Shown piece after piece: positions 59,703-64,000 of a stretch of DNA of 64,000 nucleotides (position 1 is the first letter of the stretch; each line of letters starts with the position of its first letter). This DNA is from an uncultured Gillisia sp. Its GTDB lineage: Bacteria; Bacteroidota; Bacteroidia; Flavobacteriales; Flavobacteriaceae. The notes beneath the pieces are model-generated. The model was not told the origin of the DNA. It ran no database searches and saw only the letters and a program-made list of their open reading frames with translations. Both the position numbers and the translations under genes were made by a program. The stretch is taken from assembly GCA_963972215.1 (NCBI GenBank), contig CAXATE010000006.1:54476-118475 (forward strand), given 5' to 3'.

Positions 59703-62700
59703 TTAATTATAATTAACTTCTTTTTTTCTTTCCATCATTTCGTCGAATTCTTCTTTAGAACCAACTATAATGTTATCGTAAGCACGCATTCCAGTTCCCG
59801 CAGGGATCTTATGTCCAACAATTACGTTCTCTTTAAGACCTTCTAAGTAATCTATCTTACCGGCTACCGCTGCCTCATTCAATACTTTAGTAGTTTCCTG
59901 GAAGGAAGCTGCAGAGATGAACGATTTAGTTTGTAACGAAGCTCTAGTAATACCTTGAAGTATTGGAGTAGCTGTTGCATTAACTGCTTCTCTCGCTGTT
60001 GCAAGTTCTTTATCCTCTCTTCTTAAAGATGAATTTTCATCTCTAAGTTCGCGAATAGTTACTAATTGACCCGCTTTCAGTTTTGTAGAATCTCCAGCAT
60101 TCTCGATAACCTTTAATCCAAATAATTTGTCATTTTCTTCAATGAAATCTGACTTATGAATCAATTGGTTCTCTAAGAAAATAGTATCTCCAGAGTCTAC
60201 AATTCTTACTTTACGCATCATTTGTCTAACAACAACCTCAAAATGCTTATCGTTAATCTTCACACCTTGTAAACGATATACTTCTTGTACTTCGTTCACT
60301 AGGTACTGCTGAACAGCATTTGGTCCTTTTATGCTTAAGATATCTTCTGGAGTTATTGATCCATCAGACAATGGCATTCCTGCACGAACATAATCGTTTT
60401 CCTGAACAAGGATCTGGTTAGAAAGTTTCACTAGATACTTTTTAACTTCACCTAATTTAGACTCAACGATGATCTCGCGGTTACCTCTTTTAATTTTTCC
60501 AAAAGAAATTACACCATCAATCTCACTAACAACTGCAGGGTTAGAAGGGTTACGTGCTTCGAATAATTCGGTTACACGTGGAAGACCTCCTGTAATATCC
60601 CCAGCTTTAGAAGATTTTCTTGGAATTTTAACCAAGATCTTACCAACCTTGATCTTCTCATCTTTATCTACCATAAGGTGAGCCCCAACAGGTAGGTTAT
60701 AAGAACGAATCACTTCATCTTTCTTACCTAGAATAAGTAAGGTAGGAATCATTTTTTTGTTCTTAGAATCTGAAATTACTTTTTCTTGGAATCCGGTTTG
60801 CTCATCTATTTCAACTTGGTAGGTATATCCTTGTTCGATGTTCTCATATTTGATTTTACCAGCAAATTCTGAAATGATCACCCCATTATAAGGATCCCAT
60901 TGGCAAACAATATCATCAGGTTTAACAGTATCGCCATCTTTAACAAAGATCTGAGAACCATAAGGAATGTTATTTGTACTAAGTACCACTCCGGTTTTCT
61001 TATCTTTTACTTTAAGCTCTGAAGTTCTTGAGATAACGATATCAGTAATTGTTCCATCAGGACCTTCACCTTTAACAACCTTTAGATCTTCAATATCAGC
61101 AACACCACCATACTTAACAATAAGTTTGTTTTCTTCTGAAATGTTTCCTGCAATACCACCCACGTGGAAGGTACGTAGGGTAAGTTGTGTTCCCGGTTCC
61201 CCAATAGATTGAGCAGCAACAACACCTACAGCTTCTCCACGTTGCACCAATTTATCTGTTGCAAGGTTTCTACCGTAACATTTCACACAAATTCCTTTCT
61301 TAGCTTCACAAGTAAGAGCAGATCTTACTTCTACGCTAGCAATAGGAGCTTCGCTTATTTTCTTAACAGCACTCTCCATGATCTCACTTCCTGCAGAAAC
61401 TAAAAGTTCTTCAGTTAATGGATTGTAAACATCATTCAAGGATATACGCCCTAAAATTCGTTCACCTAAAGATTCTACTATTTCGTCATTCTTTTTAAGT
61501 GGGGTAACTTCTACTCCTCTTAATGTTCCACAATCTTCTTCATTTACAATAACATCTTGCGAAACATCTACCAATCTACGTGTTAAGTAACCCGCATCGG
61601 CAGTTTTAAGTGCAGTATCGGCAAGACCTTTACGAGCACCGTGAGTTGAAATAAAGTATTCAAGAATTGAAAGACCTTCCTTAAAGTTAGATAAAATTGG
61701 GTTTTCAATAATTTCTCCTCCACCAGAGTTAGATTTCTTAGGCTTTGCCATCAAACCACGCATTCCGGTTAACTGACGGATCTGTTCTTTAGATCCACGC
61801 GCACCAGAATCAAGCATCATGTACACAGAGTTGAATCCTTGGTTATCCTCACGGATACGTTTCATAGCCAATTCTGTAAGTCCAGCATTGGTAGAAGTCC
61901 AAATATCAATAACCTGATTGTAACGCTCGTTGTTGGTAATAAGTCCCATGTTGTAATTACCAATGATTCCTTCCACCTGTTCGTTGGCTTCATCAATCAT
62001 AGATTGCTTCTCTTCTGGAATAATAATATCACCTAAACTAAATGACAAACCACCTGTATAAGCGAATTTGTATCCTAAAGTTTTAATATCATCAAGGAAA
62101 GCAGCAGTTTCAGCAACACTAGTTACCTTTAATACTCTACCAATAATATCACGCAAAGATTTCTTAGTTAATACCTCATTGATGTATCCAGCTTTTGCAG
62201 GAACAGTTTCATTAAATAAAACTCTACCAGTGGTAGTTTCAATAATTTTCTTAACTAGTTCTCCATCTTCGTTTAGATCTTGAGTTCTAATTTTTATGGA
62301 AGCATTAAGATCTACCATTTTCTCGTTGAAAGCGATAATAACCTCTTCCGGTGAGTAAAAAGTAAGTCCTTCTCCTTTTATCTTCACATCATCTGTAGAT
62401 ACTCTTAGTTTGGTCATGTAGTAAAGACCAAGTACCATATCCTGAGATGGAACCGTAATTGGCGATCCATTTGCAGGGTTCAAGATGTTGTGAGAACCTA
62501 ACATTAAAAGTTGAGCTTCCAAGATAGCTTCTGGTCCAAGTGGCAAGTGTACCGCCATTTGATCCCCATCAAAATCGGCGTTGAATGCCGTTGTTGCTAA
62601 TGGGTGAAGTTGGATCGCTTTTCCTTCAATAAGTTTTGGTTGGAATGCCTGGATTCCTAAACGGTGAAGCGTAGGAGCCCTGTTCAATAATACAGGATGT

Positions 62701-64000
62701 CCTTTAAGAACATTCTCTAAAATATCCCAAACAACTGGTTCTTTTTTGTCTATGATCTTCTTAGCAGACTTCACAGTTTTTACAATTCCTCTTTCGATCA
62801 ATTTTCTAATCACAAAAGGCTTGTAAAGTTCTGCAGCCATATCCTTAGGAATACCACATTCAAACATTTTTAATTCTGGTCCTACAACAATTACAGAACG
62901 AGCAGAATAATCCACACGCTTACCAAGTAAGTTCTGACGGAAACGCCCTTGTTTTCCTTTTAAGGAATCTGAAAGGGATTTTAATGGTCTGTTAGAATCT
63001 GTTTTTACTGCTGAAGATTTTCTTGTATTATCGAACAATGAATCTACAGATTCCTGTAGCATACGTTTTTCGTTACGAAGAATAACTTCTGGAGCCTTTA
63101 TTTCCATTAATCGCTTTAAACGATTATTACGGATAATTACTCTACGATAAAGGTCATTTAAATCTGAAGTTGCAAAACGTCCACCATCCAAAGGCACTAA
63201 AGGTCTAAGTTCTGGAGGAGTAATTGGAATTACCTTCATGATCATCCATTCTGGACGGTTCTCTCTATTCTTGTTTGCATCACGGAAAGCTTCTACAACC
63301 TGAAGTCTTTTTAAAGCCTCCATTTTACGTTGTTTAGAAGTTTCGTTGTTAGCTTTATGTCTTAAGTCATAAGACAACTCGTCAAGATCGATTCTCTTTA
63401 AAAGTTCGATCAAACACTCAGCTCCCATTTTCGCGATGAATTTATTTGGATCTGCATCGTCCAAATAAAGGTTTTCTTGCGGAAGACTATCCAAAATATC
63501 AAGATATTCTTCTTCTGTTAGGAAGTCCATTTTCTTTAATACTTCACCTTCAGCATTCTTTGCAATACCTGCCTGGATCACTACGTAACGTTCGTAGTAA
63601 ATAATCATATCCAATTTCTTGGAAGGAAGACCCAATAAGTATCCTATTTTGTTAGGTAAAGAACGGAAATACCAGATATGAGCAACCGGAACTACCAAAT
63701 TGATATGTCCCACACGGTCACGACGTACTTTTTTCTCTGTAACTTCTACCCCACATCTATCACATACAATTCCTTTGTATCGGATTCTTTTATATTTTCC
63801 ACAGGCACATTCGTAATCCTTAACAGGACCAAAAATTCGCTCACAGAATAACCCGTCACGCTCAGGCTTGTGCGTACGATAATTGATAGTTTCAGGCTTT
63901 AGAACTTCTCCTCTGGATTCCGCTAAAATGGATTCCGGGGAAGCTAAACCTATAGAGATCTTGTTAAACCTCTGTTCTGTACTCTTTTCATTACTTCTAG
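59703..64000 (-). CDS. rpoC: RNA polymerase beta' subunit, N-terminus cut by the right edge
   Basis: NADFDGD active site; frame stays open beyond the track start ([22 protein letters not shown]...[14 protein letters not shown]) to the window end. Confidence 0.99.
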   Translation of the reverse strand, partial: RSNEKSTEQRFNKISIGLASPESILAESRGEVLKPETINYRTHKPERDGLFCERIFGPVKDYECACGKYKRIRYKGIVCDRCGVEVTEKKVRRDRVGHINLVVPVAHIWYFRSLPNKIGYLLGLPSKKLDMIIYYERYVVIQAGIAKNAEGEVLKKMDFLTEEEYLDILDSLPQENLYLDDADPNKFIAKMGAECLIELLKRIDLDELSYDLRHKANNETSKQRKMEALKRLQVVEAFRDANKNRENRPEWMIMKVIPITPPELRPLVPLDGGRFATSDLNDLYRRVIIRNNRLKRLMEIKAPEVILRNEKRMLQESVDSLFDNTRKSSAVKTDSNRPLKSLSDSLKGKQGRFRQNLLGKRVDYSARSVIVVGPELKMFECGIPKDMAAELYKPFVIRKLIERGIVKTVKSAKKIIDKKEPVVWDILENVLKGHPVLLNRAPTLHRLGIQAFQPKLIEGKAIQLHPLATTAFNADFDGDQMAVHLPLGPEAILEAQLLMLGSHNILNPANGSPITVPSQDMVLGLYYMTKLRVSTDDVKIKGEGLTFYSPEEVIIAFNEKMVDLNASIKIRTQDLNEDGELVKKIIETTTGRVLFNETVPAKAGYINEVLTKKSLRDIIGRVLKVTSVAETAAFLDDIKTLGYKFAYTGGLSFSLGDIIIPEEKQSMIDEANEQVEGIIGNYNMGLITNNERYNQVIDIWTSTNAGLTELAMKRIREDNQGFNSVYMMLDSGARGSKEQIRQLTGMRGLMAKPKKSNSGGGEIIENPILSNFKEGLSILEYFISTHGARKGLADTALKTADAGYLTRRLVDVSQDVIVNEEDCGTLRGVEVTPLKKNDEIVESLGERILGRISLNDVYNPLTEELLVSAGSEIMESAVKKISEAPIASVEVRSALTCEAKKGICVKCYGRNLATDKLVQRGEAVGVVAAQSIGEPGTQLTLRTFHVGGIAGNISEENKLIVKYGGVADIEDLKVVKGEGPDGTITDIVISRTSELKVKDKKTGVVLSTNNIPYGSQIFVKDGDTVKPDDIVCQWDPYNGVIISEFAGKIKYENIEQGYTYQVEIDEQTGFQEKVISDSKNKKMIPTLLILGKKDEVIRSYNLPVGAHLMVDKDEKIKVGKILVKIPRKSSKAGDITGGLPRVTELFEARNPSNPAVVSEIDGVISFGKIKRGNREIIVESKLGEVKKYLVKLSNQILVQENDYVRAGMPLSDGSITPEDILSIKGPNAVQQYLVNEVQEVYRLQGVKINDKHFEVVVRQMMRKVRIVDSGDTIFLENQLIHKSDFIEENDKLFGLKVIENAGDSTKLKAGQLVTIRELRDENSSLRREDKELATAREAVNATATPILQGITRASLQTKSFISAASFQETTKVLNEAAVAGKIDYLEGLKENVIVGHKIPAGTGMRAYDNIIVGSKEEFDEMMERKKEVNYN

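Noticed and set aside
4760-62283. Numerous 60-150 aa ORFs antisense to or nested in long genes (e.g. 46973..47425, 49401..49838, 53225..53605)
   Set aside because: Shadow frames of well-supported genes with no independent signal.
63714-64000. Apparent ORF-free region at the right edge
   Set aside because: It is the in-frame N-terminal part of rpoC, whose start codon lies just outside the window.

Overview
AT-rich Bacteroidota (Flavobacteriaceae-like) chromosome segment, inferred from TAnnTTTG -7 promoter boxes and gene order typical of the group (rpmB-rpmG-DUF4295-ftsY; porin-pstSCAB-phoU; rpoC-DUF3467). About 97% is housekeeping or nutrient acquisition: four peptidases (M28, M14, M16, S9), bshC, the pst operon, rimO, cinA, a 2-oxoacid dehydrogenase E2, recR, fabH, htpG, a TPR hybrid kinase, Ktr/Trk K+ uptake, S1/P1 nuclease, an SPFH operon, manA-queD-idi, prfC and rpoC (cut by the right edge). 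There are two tRNAs, Ser(TGA) and Thr(TGT). The accessory signal is concentrated in the first 2.3 kb. It holds the end of a coupled gene pair whose complete member has a divergent Mrr/PD-(D/E)xK-like motif (candidate uncharacterised defence module). Next is a nested stack of repeats at tRNA-Ser: a 49-bp att-like direct repeat enclosing two ~105-bp hairpin units, and an orphan 5' half of the tRNA carrying an 18-bp perfect palindrome. Other notable items: an orphan class I isoprenoid-synthase-fold gene, an unlisted Arc/RHH gene with a likely operator, 11-bp-phased Pho-box-like repeats, paired palindromes between tetR and htpG, REP-like clusters and an att-like scar at tRNA-Thr. No CRISPR array, rRNA, intact IS or integrase was seen. 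All calls rest on motif recognition by eye; no searches were run.
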